From: an uncultured Zetaproteobacteria bacterium
Lineage (GTDB): Bacteria > Pseudomonadota > Zetaproteobacteria > Mariprofundales > Mariprofundaceae
Reading direction: 5' to 3'
Length of the DNA stretch: 46,932 bases
NCBI GenBank assembly: GCA_964513335.1
Contig: CAZEMN010000002.1
Location: 1-46,932, forward strand
Translations under genes and position numbers: made by a program
Shown here: positions 31,424 through 40,891 of the stretch, in pieces
Numbering within the stretch: position 1 is the stretch's first letter
Layout: each line of letters starts with the position of its first letter
The notes under the pieces: generated by a model
The model's database searches: none
Seen by the model: only the letters and a program-made list of their open reading frames with translations
Told to the model about the DNA's origin: nothing

Positions 31424-32344
31424 ATGAACATTACGCTGAAACAATTGCACATCTTTGAAGCAGTCGCCAAACACCAGAACTATACCCAGGCCGCCAAGGC
31501 ACTGTTCCTCACCCAACCCGCTGTATCCATGCAGGTCAAACAACTTGAAGAACAGGCGGGCCTGGCCCTGTTTGAGCGAAGTGGCAAACAAACGCGTATT
31601 ACTGAAGCGGGAAAAGAGCTTCTCCATTACAGTCATATCATTCATCAGCAACTGGAAGAAGCCAGCCGGGTACTGGATGAGATCAGGGGAGTCCAGCGCG
31701 GCCACTTGCACCTGACCATGGCCTCCACGGCCAATTATTTCGCTCCCCGATTGCTTGCCGCATTCTGTGAACGATTCCCTGCAGTACAGGTCAGCCTCGA
31801 TGTAGCCAACCGCGACGGGCTGTTGCAGACGCTGGAAGACAATACAACGGATATTGTCATCATGGGCAAACCGCCGACAGGCATGTCAGTAAATTACGAA
31901 ATATTTATGGAGAACCCACTGGTGGTCATTGCGCCTCCGGCGCATTCATTATCCAAACGTAAACATATTCCATTAGCGGAACTGGCCGAGCACCCGTTTA
32001 TTGTGCGCGAGCGTGGCTCGGGCACCCGTGCCGCGGTCGAACGTTTTCTAGCGCAACACGACATCGAACGGCCCAGTGGTATGGAGATGAACTCCTCTGA
32101 AGCCATCAAGCAAGCCGTGCAGGCTGGCCTCGGCCTGGGTGTCGTCTCTCTGCATACGCTGGAAATGGAACTGGCACTAAAACGTCTGGATATTCTGGAT
32201 GTAGAGGATTTCCCCATTATGCGCCACTGGCGCATTGTGTACCGTAAAGATAAGCGATTTTCAGCCGTGGCTCAGGCATTTCATGATTTTATTATCAGTG
32301 AAGCCGGGCAAATTCTCAAGATTCCCGGAAGTCCATCCGGCTAA
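31424..32344 (+). CDS. cbbR: LysR-family transcriptional regulator CbbR
   Basis: The 306 aa product starts MNITLKQLHIFEAVAKHQNYTQAAKALFLTQPAVSMQVKQLE and is divergent from cbbM. Confidence 0.88.
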   Translation: MNITLKQLHIFEAVAKHQNYTQAAKALFLTQPAVSMQVKQLEEQAGLALFERSGKQTRITEAGKELLHYSHIIHQQLEEASRVLDEIRGVQRGHLHLTMASTANYFAPRLLAAFCERFPAVQVSLDVANRDGLLQTLEDNTTDIVIMGKPPTGMSVNYEIFMENPLVVIAPPAHSLSKRKHIPLAELAEHPFIVRERGSGTRAAVERFLAQHDIERPSGMEMNSSEAIKQAVQAGLGLGVVSLHTLEMELALKRLDILDVEDFPIMRHWRIVYRKDKRFSAVAQAFHDFIISEAGQILKIPGSPSG

Positions 32345-33029
32345 GGCCAACTGCTGCGGCAGGCAGGACGAAAAGATTCAGGACAGGCACCAGCATCAAT
32401 CCCAGCGCCATGCCGCCAAATCCGAGATAAAAGAATCTGCGCTGCCCAAGCTCCCGCTTGCGGCGTTTAAAATCCCAGCCTCTGCGCGATGCCACGGGGT
32501 CCATTAATTCATAGTTCAAAAAACGAATGCTGGCATAACCCCATATCCCGGTAGCCGCAACCTGACCAAGCAAAGGAATAAAAAACAGGACAAGTGCTAC
32601 GCATCCCCAAATTAACAACCCAAACAATGGGCGGATCGAGTTCACAAGGCTATGCATAACCTGTTGCCACCATGATGCAGGATGCACATCTATTTCCTTT
32701 CCAATTAAACCTTCCGTACGCGCCGCCAGTTCATCCAGCCATGGCGCTGCGGCCACCGAACCCAGCGCCGCAAAACTGACCGCGCCGACCAGTAACGCCA
32801 ATATCGCCGACAACAGCCACACAACCCACGACAGTATCTGCCAATACCATGCGTCACCGGATGGTAGCCACAAATGCGCCAGATATTCCGCCAGCCAGAA
32901 CGCACCGCCGGTCAACAGCAGCATCAGCACGAAGAGTAAAGCGAGTATGCGCCAAAGGATGGTGCGCAACGTGCGTCGGGCAATCAGCAACTGCATGCCG
33001 GAAATCAGGTTTAGCGCTCCCTCAATCAT
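32316..33029 (-). CDS. EI24/CysZ-like integral membrane protein
   Basis: The 237 aa product has 4-5 TM segments and a pattern that resembles the EI24/CysZ (sulfate transporter-like) family. The assignment comes from recall of the family architecture only. Confidence 0.6.
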   Translation of the reverse strand: MIEGALNLISGMQLLIARRTLRTILWRILALLFVLMLLLTGGAFWLAEYLAHLWLPSGDAWYWQILSWVVWLLSAILALLVGAVSFAALGSVAAAPWLDELAARTEGLIGKEIDVHPASWWQQVMHSLVNSIRPLFGLLIWGCVALVLFFIPLLGQVAATGIWGYASIRFLNYELMDPVASRRGWDFKRRKRELGQRRFFYLGFGGMALGLMLVPVLNLFVLPAAAVGLSRMDFRES

Positions 33030-33043
33030 ACCCCTCTCCGATA

Positions 33044-33250
33044 TTAATCCGGGTTAAGATCACGCAGTATCTGCTCGGCAGCTTCCATGTCCGCGCCATG
33101 CACCATCACACGCACATCGGTAATGCCGGGCAGTGGCATCAATGCATGCATACCTGCATCGTCCACACGGTATCCAATGTCCTTTTCATCCAGCGCGTCG
33201 CACAGGATTTGCAAAGCAACCATATCAGTGATTTTTGATAACAGCTTCAT
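33044..33250 (-). CDS. Small DUF2007-like protein (putative signal-transducing fold)
   Basis: The 68 aa soluble product has good coding appearance. The family assignment is tentative. Confidence 0.5.
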   Translation of the reverse strand: MKLLSKITDMVALQILCDALDEKDIGYRVDDAGMHALMPLPGITDVRVMVHGADMEAAEQILRDLNPD

Positions 33251-33263
33251 GACCGTGAACCTA

Positions 33264-33495
33264 GCCTGAACTATTCATAAATGCTGCTGTGTTCTTACTT
33301 GTTCCTTTGTCCACAACGAATCCCTCGTCGGGCGTCCGTATGCATGGCTACGGCTTACTTCCTCGGAATCCGTTGCAAACAAAGGCCCGGCGCACAAAAA
33401 GGCCAAGGGCCGTTTGGACGCCCGCAAGAGCGGGGCGAAGCCCTGAGGGTGCAAACCCGAATCAATCATCACGGCGATTCATGAATAGTTCAGGC
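33264..33495. mobile_element. MITE-like element, family 1, copy B (opposite orientation, with an extra internal module)
   Basis: The TIRs are gcctgaactattcataaat and attcatgaatagttcaggc, flanked by TA/TA. The core is shared with copies A and C. Confidence 0.7.
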
Positions 33496-33616
33496 TAAGT
33501 TTAAGTAGGCATATACGTCACCTTAACCCTTTTTCAGTTTTCCCGCGTTTATATCTATCAGCAGGCAAATGCTTGTTAGGGCCTGTTAACACTAATTCAA
33601 TTCAGGAGAAATAACT

Positions 33617-35401
33617 ATGACATCTACACATCGAAATCTCGCACTGTTATGTGCAGGCATTATTAGCATCACCGCATGCGGCACGAACCAGGTCACTGAT
33701 ACCGTAACAAATCATCCAGACCAGACCGTCACGACTCAATCATCAGGCACCATGCAAAGAAATTTGAATCAGTCACCGGTCGCCAGGGTTGAAGAGAAGG
33801 CCAAAGAGGATGTATCCGTGGGCACAGCCATGCCAGCGGCCAGAGGCAGGAGCGTGGGAAAAGTGAGGCCGGCAGCAAAGATGATGATCGGATTGAATAG
33901 CCTGTCCGGATACTATCCGCTCAGGAATAACATCCGTCTGCCGAGTGAGCCACTGGATCGTGAAAACTATGCGCATGTCGATACCAATCCTGTCAAACTC
34001 GTGAACGAACATCCTGTTTCCACATTCAGCATTGATGTCGATACAGGCGCTTACGCCAATGTTCGCCGTTTCCTCAATCAGGGGCGAATTCCGCCAAAGG
34101 ATACCGTCCGTATCGAGGAAATGATCAATTATTTCTCCTATCACTATCCGGCCCCGGAAAACACAAAGCAGCCATTTCGCGTCACAACGGAACTGGCGCC
34201 CACGCCGTGGAATCCGAAAACCCGCCTTCTGCACATTGGCATACAAGGTTATAAATTACAGCAAAATGAATTGCCTCCCGCCAATCTGGTATTTTTGCTG
34301 GATGTGTCCGGCTCCATGCAATCTCCCAATAAGCTGGAGCTGCTGAAATCCGCCTTGAAGCTGCTGGCAGGGCAAATGGGCAAAAAGGACCGCATCTCCA
34401 TCGTTGTCTATGCAGGTGCATCCGGTATTGTGCTGGAACCCACCGCAGGCAACCTTCATGCCCGAATCGCCGCCGAACTGGATGCACTCCAGGCGGGAGG
34501 TTCCACCAATGGGGCAGCCGGGATCAGACTGGCCTATTCCCTGGCCGAACAGGCTTTCATCAGGAACGGGATCAATCGGGTGATTCTGGCTACCGATGGC
34601 GATTTTAATGTCGGCACAGTCAATTTCGATGCTCTGGTAGATTTGATTGAGCAAAAACGTAAATCCGGTATTTCGCTGACCTCGCTTGGATTCGGAACGG
34701 GAAATTACAATGACCGGTTGATGGAACAACTTGCCGATGCGGGCAATGGAAATTATGCCTATATCGATACCATTAACGAGGCGCGCAAAGTGCTGGTGGA
34801 CGAAATGTCATCTACCCTGAACACCATTGCCAAAGATGTAAAAATTCAGATCGAATTCAATCCGGACATGGTCTCTGAATATCGGCTGATTGGATACGAA
34901 AACCGCATGCTAAAGCGTGAGGACTTCAACAACGACAAGATCGATGCCGGTGAAATCGGCGCCGGTCATACGGTAACCGCGCTGTATGAAGTCACACTTG
35001 CAGGCAGTCAGGGCAGGATCAACCCGCTGCGCTACGGCGGCGGCCAACCGGAGAAAGCCGGAAGGCACGGGAATGAAATCGCCTTCCTGCGGCTTCGCTA
35101 CAAAAACCCGGATTCCGATCACAGTAAACTGGTCGAAATCCCTTTGAATCGAAATATGCTGCAACATCGGCTTGCCAATACGTCCGAGGGTTTCCGTTTT
35201 GCTGCTGCGGTTGCTGCGTTCGGCGATCTGCTGCGAGGCGGCAAATACAGTGAAGAGTTCACTTATCGCGATGTACTAAAACTGGCTCGCAGTTCCCGCG
35301 GCAAGGATATTTTCGGTTATCGGGGTGGGTTTCTTAATATGGTGCGCACTGCCGAAGTGTTGGGTCGACAAGCATCAAATCGAGGCCAAGAAGATTCATG
35401 A
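33617..35401 (+). CDS. VWA-domain lipoprotein (YfbK-like)
   Basis: The 594 aa product has a lipobox (LCAGIISITAC), a MIDAS motif (LLDVSGSM) and a long C-terminal domain as in the YfbK/DUF3520 architecture. Confidence 0.82.
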   Translation: MTSTHRNLALLCAGIISITACGTNQVTDTVTNHPDQTVTTQSSGTMQRNLNQSPVARVEEKAKEDVSVGTAMPAARGRSVGKVRPAAKMMIGLNSLSGYYPLRNNIRLPSEPLDRENYAHVDTNPVKLVNEHPVSTFSIDVDTGAYANVRRFLNQGRIPPKDTVRIEEMINYFSYHYPAPENTKQPFRVTTELAPTPWNPKTRLLHIGIQGYKLQQNELPPANLVFLLDVSGSMQSPNKLELLKSALKLLAGQMGKKDRISIVVYAGASGIVLEPTAGNLHARIAAELDALQAGGSTNGAAGIRLAYSLAEQAFIRNGINRVILATDGDFNVGTVNFDALVDLIEQKRKSGISLTSLGFGTGNYNDRLMEQLADAGNGNYAYIDTINEARKVLVDEMSSTLNTIAKDVKIQIEFNPDMVSEYRLIGYENRMLKREDFNNDKIDAGEIGAGHTVTALYEVTLAGSQGRINPLRYGGGQPEKAGRHGNEIAFLRLRYKNPDSDHSKLVEIPLNRNMLQHRLANTSEGFRFAAAVAAFGDLLRGGKYSEEFTYRDVLKLARSSRGKDIFGYRGGFLNMVRTAEVLGRQASNRGQEDS

Positions 35402-35479
35402 AGTTCCGGGCGCATCCTTCCGGCATGACCCTGCCGGAGGGGTGCCGTCCTCTTTCATCCCGGGGGCAGAAGCACTACA

Positions 35480-36067
35480 TTGGCCTGCATGCCCGAACCG
35501 GAAACCGATGCCCCTGCCGACGAGGAACTGATGCTCGCCTACAAAAACGGTGATGCCGTGGCCTTTGAAACCCTGTACCAGCGCCATAAGGGATCGTTAT
35601 ACCGCTATATGCTGCGCCAATGCACGTCCAAGGCTGTGGCTGAGGAACTCTTTCAGGATGTGTGGATGAATATGATCCGCGCGCGCAAACGTTACCGGCC
35701 ATCAGCAAAGTTCGGCACTTACCTCTTCCGGGTTGCACACAACCGGCTGATTGACCACTACAGGAAGAATAATCCGGCACAAACCGGTGAAAATCCTGAT
35801 CAAATAGCCAGTGACCCCGATGAACAACCTGGCAACCCACAGCAACAACCCGAGCAACAAACGTTTATTCAGCAACAAATCCGGCATCTGCTTACCTGCA
35901 TTCAGGCATTGCCTTTAGCGCAGAGACAAGCTTTCCTGCTCAAGGAAGAAACGGGACTGGGGCTACATGAAATTGCCAGGATAATGGATGCGAATCCGGA
36001 AGCGGCCAAGAGCAGGCTGCGTTATGCCATCAAGAAATTACGCCAGTGCATGGGAGAATATTTATGA
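35480..36067 (+). CDS. ECF-type RNA polymerase sigma factor
   Basis: Region 2 reads FETLYQRHKGSLYRYMLR...AEELFQDVWMNMIRARKRY...FGTYLFRVAHNRLIDHYRK. A region 4 HTH is present. The exact start is uncertain. Confidence 0.88.
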   Translation: MACMPEPETDAPADEELMLAYKNGDAVAFETLYQRHKGSLYRYMLRQCTSKAVAEELFQDVWMNMIRARKRYRPSAKFGTYLFRVAHNRLIDHYRKNNPAQTGENPDQIASDPDEQPGNPQQQPEQQTFIQQQIRHLLTCIQALPLAQRQAFLLKEETGLGLHEIARIMDANPEAAKSRLRYAIKKLRQCMGEYL

Positions 36068-36768
36068 ACCATCCACCGCCAAATAACCCGGAAAACGATG
36101 CTGAACTCTCCCGCCTTTATCAAAAGACCCGTGTGGAAGAGCCCCCCATGCATCTTGATTCGGCCATTCTTTCCGCCGCCCGGAACTCGGTTGACACACT
36201 GAAGAAGAAGCGACATATCTGGTGCACGCTTCGCTGGGCAATCCCCGTTACTACTTTTGCTCTGGCGTTACTGACAGTCTCGCTCGTGATCCACCAGAAA
36301 CAGGAAGCACCGGAATTGTTGATGCAGGACAGCAAGTCTGAAATGGAAAGAGCACCGGAAGCAGTCAGCCCGATACGAAAGAAAGGAAAAATAGATTCGT
36401 ACGGGAGAGCAGCGCCAAAAATTACCGGCAAAGCCAGCACGCATGTTCCTCCATCAAAGCAACTCAACAAAAAAGCTCGGCCTGCCGTGCTGGAGGAGGG
36501 CTTTTCCGCACCCAGTGAAAGCAAGTCTGTTTCATCACCGCCTTCCCGATCCGCAGTTTCTCAACCCGCAAAAATGGACCGGACACTGCGAGGACTGGCC
36601 GAAAAGACGATGCCGACAACGGATATTACCCGCGACCCTGCATTATGGATTAAAAGAATCCTAACGTTAAAGAAACAGGGTAACCATGCTGAAGCTAAAG
36701 CCAGCCTGAAAAAATTCAGGGTGCAATATCCGGATTATCCGATTCCTCCCGAATTAAAGAATCTTTGA
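36064..36768 (+). CDS. Putative single-pass anti-sigma factor
   Basis: The ATG overlaps the sigma factor stop (ATGA). The product has a short cytoplasmic N-terminus, one TM segment (WAIPVTTFALALLTVSLVI), and a low-complexity periplasmic region ending in a TPR-like helix. No HxxxCxxC zinc motif is present. Confidence 0.55.
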   Translation: MNHPPPNNPENDAELSRLYQKTRVEEPPMHLDSAILSAARNSVDTLKKKRHIWCTLRWAIPVTTFALALLTVSLVIHQKQEAPELLMQDSKSEMERAPEAVSPIRKKGKIDSYGRAAPKITGKASTHVPPSKQLNKKARPAVLEEGFSAPSESKSVSSPPSRSAVSQPAKMDRTLRGLAEKTMPTTDITRDPALWIKRILTLKKQGNHAEAKASLKKFRVQYPDYPIPPELKNL

Positions 36769-36784
36769 AGTCCTCGGCGATGAA

Positions 36785-38233
36785 ATGCCCTTGACAGGGT
36801 ATGCCACGCATGAAGATTACCCGCCCATGACATTAGCCATCCCCTCATCCACATTAAACAAGATATTGAACGCCATGATTCCCGCAGGTGCGGATGATGC
36901 CGACCTGTACCTCCAGCACTCGCAATCCGAATCGCTGGCGCTGGAAGAAGGCCGTGTCAAACATGTATCGAGCAGCACGCATCAGGGCATCGGCGCCCGC
37001 GTCGTCAAAGGGGAAGCTGCTGGCCATGCCTACACTGACAGGCTGGAGCATGCCGCATTGATGGAGGCGGCTACCGCAGCCCGCACCATTGCCGAGGGCG
37101 GTCAAACACGTTCTCCCGTCGCCATCCACCCCTCCAAACCTGCCCATGCCCTCTACCGGCCCGAAAATCCGGCAATGGCAGCCTCCATGCACGAGCGAAA
37201 GAACCTGTTGGAACGATTGGATACGCTTGCCCGCAGCATTGATCCACGGGTGGTACAGGTATTCGCCAATGTGTCCGCCTCATTTTCGGACATTCATATT
37301 ATCCGTATGGATGGTGCACATCTGCATGATGCCCGTCCGCTGGTGCGGCTGAATATCTCCGTCGTCGTTGAACAGGACGGACGGCGCGAAACCGGCGGTG
37401 CAGGCGGCGGTGGACGATTCGGGCTGGATCGCATGCTTGAGGGTGAAGAAGCCGAACGCTTAACACGCGAAGCCGTGCGCATCGCCCTGCTCAATCTGGA
37501 TGCGGTCGCGGCCCCGGCTGGCCCGATGCCGGTGGTGCTCGGCCCCGGCTGGCCCGGTATTCTGTTGCACGAAGCCATCGGTCATGGCTTAGAGGGTGAT
37601 TTCAATCGCAAGGGCACATCCGCTTTTGCCGGTTGTATCGGTCAACAGGTTGCGGCGAAAGGCATAACCGTGGTGGATGACGGCACCATCAGCGAACGAC
37701 GGGGATCATTGAATTTTGATGATGAAGGCACTGAAACCCACCGCACAATCCTGATCGAAGATGGAATCCTCACTGGCTATTTGCAGGACAAACAGAATGC
37801 TCGTTTGATGGGCATGGAACCCACCGGCAACGGCAGACGGGAGTCCTACGCCCATCCGGTGCTGCCGCGCATGACCAACACCTTCATGCTCGCCGGGAAT
37901 GATTCGCCGGATGATATTCTGGCATCACTGGGTCGTGGTATTTATGCGGTCAATTTCGGTGGCGGGCAGGTAGATATCACCTCCGGCAAGTTTGTGTTCA
38001 CAACCTCCGAGGCCTATCTGGTTGAGAACGGTAAAATCAAGGCACCCGTGAAAGGCGCAACACTCATCGGCGACGGCCCTTCCGTACTAAAGAAGGTATC
38101 CATGATTGGCAATGATCTTGCACTTGATCCCGGTGTCGGCACCTGCGGCAAGGATGGCCAGTCCGTACCCGTGGGAGTCGGATTACCCACGATTCGTATT
38201 GATGAATTGATTGTGGGAGGAGCAGAATCATGA
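36785..38233 (+). CDS. tldD: Metalloprotease TldD
   Basis: The product contains HEAIGHGLEGD. The start may be the internal ATG at 36827 (MTLAIPSS). Confidence 0.92.
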   Translation: MPLTGYATHEDYPPMTLAIPSSTLNKILNAMIPAGADDADLYLQHSQSESLALEEGRVKHVSSSTHQGIGARVVKGEAAGHAYTDRLEHAALMEAATAARTIAEGGQTRSPVAIHPSKPAHALYRPENPAMAASMHERKNLLERLDTLARSIDPRVVQVFANVSASFSDIHIIRMDGAHLHDARPLVRLNISVVVEQDGRRETGGAGGGGRFGLDRMLEGEEAERLTREAVRIALLNLDAVAAPAGPMPVVLGPGWPGILLHEAIGHGLEGDFNRKGTSAFAGCIGQQVAAKGITVVDDGTISERRGSLNFDDEGTETHRTILIEDGILTGYLQDKQNARLMGMEPTGNGRRESYAHPVLPRMTNTFMLAGNDSPDDILASLGRGIYAVNFGGGQVDITSGKFVFTTSEAYLVENGKIKAPVKGATLIGDGPSVLKKVSMIGNDLALDPGVGTCGKDGQSVPVGVGLPTIRIDELIVGGAES

Positions 38234-39600
38234 CAAGCCGTCTCCAATCCCTGTCGCAACAATTAGCCGAAATGGCAAAGGCATCCGGCGCATGCGATGC
38301 CGATGCGATGGCCGTAGCCGACACGGGCGAATCGGTGCGTGTACGCAACGGCAAAATCGAATCCGTCGAGCGCGAAGATGCACAAGGCGTGGGACTACGC
38401 GCCTTCGTTGAACAGGCAGGGGGATTGGCATTTGCCAGCGCATCTACGTCTGATGTTTCCGATGCGGGCCTGAAACGCCTGACCGAACAGGTGATGGAAA
38501 TGGCCCGCATTTCCGAACCCGATCCCGATGCCGTGCCGCCCACGGGTGCTGACCACCCAACCCGGAAAGAACTGGATGCCTGGGCAGAGAGCCATACGGT
38601 GGATGCATCATGGAACACCGAAGCCGCCAAACAGGCCGCACTGACCTGCGAGGATGCGGCGCTATCCTTTTCGGATAAAATTACCAACAGCGAAGGTGCG
38701 GAAGCCGGTTTCGGCATGGTGCGCGTCGCTTATGCATCCGCTGACGGCTTTGCTGCTGCGTACGAAAAATCGTCGGTCGCGTTGAGCGCATCCGTCATTG
38801 CCGGTTCCGGCGATGGCATGCAACGCGACTACGCGTGGGACAGGAAACGTTCGGCGAATGCCCTGCGCGCACCCGAAGAGATTGGCCGGGAGGCATCGGA
38901 ACGCACCCTGCGCAGGCTTGGTGCATCCGGCATGGATGGCGGTACCATGACAGTAGTATTCGAACCCCGTGTGGCCACTTCCATACCGGGCCATCTAGTC
39001 TCCGCCATCAACGGACGTGCCGTATTGCAACAGCGATCCTTTCTTGCGGATCAAAAGGGGAAACATATTTTCCCGAATTTCATACGGATTGTAGATGACC
39101 CAGATCATCCGCAAGGGTTGGGAAACCGTCTGTTTGACGGTGAAGGCACGCGCTGCCGGCCTATGACCATCATCGATCAGGGCATACTGAGCGGATTCCT
39201 GACCGACCGATATGCCGCCCGACGCCTTGGAAGCGCGCCCACGGGCCATGCCAGCCGGGGGCTCACTGGCGACATTTCCATTGGTACATCCAACTTGATT
39301 CTGGAGGCAGGCCACCAGACTGTGGAGAATATATTGCATGAAATCGGGAACGGTCTTCTGGTTACGGAACTGATTGGCTTTGGCGTGAATGGTGTCACCG
39401 GCGATTATTCAAGAGGCGCATCAGGCTTTTTGATCGAGAATGGTGAGATTTCACGGCCTGTGCAGGAAATCACGATTGCCGGAAATCTTAAAGACATGTT
39501 TGCGAACATATCCCACCTCGGTGATGATCTGACATGGTTCGGCAGCAGCGCCGTTCCCACGATTGCAATCACAGACATGACCGTTGCGGGACAGGGCTGA
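38230..39600 (+). CDS. pmbA: Metalloprotease PmbA/TldE
   Basis: The 456 aa TldD paralogue has an ATGA overlap with tldD. Confidence 0.9.
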   Translation: MTSRLQSLSQQLAEMAKASGACDADAMAVADTGESVRVRNGKIESVEREDAQGVGLRAFVEQAGGLAFASASTSDVSDAGLKRLTEQVMEMARISEPDPDAVPPTGADHPTRKELDAWAESHTVDASWNTEAAKQAALTCEDAALSFSDKITNSEGAEAGFGMVRVAYASADGFAAAYEKSSVALSASVIAGSGDGMQRDYAWDRKRSANALRAPEEIGREASERTLRRLGASGMDGGTMTVVFEPRVATSIPGHLVSAINGRAVLQQRSFLADQKGKHIFPNFIRIVDDPDHPQGLGNRLFDGEGTRCRPMTIIDQGILSGFLTDRYAARRLGSAPTGHASRGLTGDISIGTSNLILEAGHQTVENILHEIGNGLLVTELIGFGVNGVTGDYSRGASGFLIENGEISRPVQEITIAGNLKDMFANISHLGDDLTWFGSSAVPTIAITDMTVAGQG

Positions 39601-39680
39601 TAATTTTTTTGACACAGATAAAAATAAAGTCTGATTATTCCTTCAATCAGCGAGTATCTGTGTTCATCTGCGTCTGATAT

Positions 39681-40676
39681 ATGGAGAATGAGATGACATA
39701 TGATGTGTACGGCGTGGGCAACGCCATTATGGACCTGCAATTGCAGTGCGAGGATGCATTTCTCGATTCCATCGGCGTGGAAAAGGGCGTGATGACACTG
39801 GTGGAGGAAGCGCAGCAGAAATATGTGCTGGAGGCGCTCGCCGAACATGACGTTCATCAGTGTTCAGGCGGATCGGCCGCCAATACCATCGTCGGCGTTG
39901 CCGATTTTGGCGGAAGCGCCGCCTATGCATGCAAGGTCGGAGATGATGATTTCGGTATGCAATATCAGGCTGAAATGCATGAGCTTGGCGTAACGCTGGC
40001 GGTGGACAGGGGCTTCGGACAAACCGGCAACTGTGTCGTACTGATCACGCCGGACGCCCAGCGAACCATGCTGACGCATCTCGGTGTTTCCAGCACCCTG
40101 TCCACTGCGGACATCGATGCTGAAGAAATCACCAAAGCACAATATGTCTATGTCGAAGGCTATCTGTTCACCGGCGAATCCACCAAGTCGGCGGCACTAA
40201 AAACCATTGAACTGGCCAAACAACAGGGCGTAAAAGTGGCACTCACCGTATCCGATCCCTTTCTCATTGATTTGTACCGGGATGAATTCCACAAACTGAT
40301 CGAAGAACCCGTGGATTTGTTGTTCTGCAATGAACAGGAAGCCCGCGCACTCACGGGGTTTGACGACTCTATTGAATGCGCACGCGAAATCCACAAACAC
40401 GCGGAAAATGTGGCGCTAACGCTGGGCAGGAAGGGTTCCATCATCATGCATGAGGGTGAAGTCATTCCCGTTGAGGGCGTGGAAGTGGATGCGGTGGACA
40501 CCACCGGCGCCGGCGACATGTATGCTGCTGGCGTGCTTTACGGCATCACCAATGGCCTGTCCTGGCATCAGGCCGGACATCTTGGCAGCCATGCAGCCGC
40601 GCAAATCGTAGCTCAACTGGGCGCGCGCCTGCCCCGCCGTTACACCCATGAAGAAATCGAAGCTTTGCTGGCCTGA
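39681..40676 (+). CDS. PfkB-family carbohydrate/nucleoside kinase (adenosine kinase-like)
   Basis: The product contains [11 protein letters not shown] at the N-terminus and [12 protein letters not shown] (PfkB signature 2). Confidence 0.85.
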   Translation: MENEMTYDVYGVGNAIMDLQLQCEDAFLDSIGVEKGVMTLVEEAQQKYVLEALAEHDVHQCSGGSAANTIVGVADFGGSAAYACKVGDDDFGMQYQAEMHELGVTLAVDRGFGQTGNCVVLITPDAQRTMLTHLGVSSTLSTADIDAEEITKAQYVYVEGYLFTGESTKSAALKTIELAKQQGVKVALTVSDPFLIDLYRDEFHKLIEEPVDLLFCNEQEARALTGFDDSIECAREIHKHAENVALTLGRKGSIIMHEGEVIPVEGVEVDAVDTTGAGDMYAAGVLYGITNGLSWHQAGHLGSHAAAQIVAQLGARLPRRYTHEEIEALLA

Positions 40677-40874
40677 ACTATTTATGAATCGCCGTGATGA
40701 TTGCGCCGGGCCTTTGTTCGCAACGGATTCCGAGGAAAGAGACCGTAGCCATGCATACGGACGACCGATCAGGTGAATTGCGCTTGCGCAAGAGAGTATC
40801 CCCTGGGGGACGAGGGAGTCGGTGCGGACAAAGGAACAAGCAAGGGCGCGGCAGTATTTGTGAATAGTTCAGGC
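40671..40874. mobile_element. MITE-like element, family 1, copy C
   Basis: The TIRs are gcctgaactatttatgaat and atttgtgaatagttcaggc, and the core is shared with copies A and B. The left TIR contains the last codon and the TGA stop of the kinase gene. Confidence 0.7.
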
Positions 40875-40891
40875 TAGGCTAAACTGCACTC

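Noticed and set aside
32316-32344. A 29-nt convergent overlap between the 3' ends of cbbR and the EI24/CysZ-like gene.
   Set aside because: Short convergent overlaps are common. No structure or motif beyond the two stop regions was seen, so it is not considered a feature in itself.
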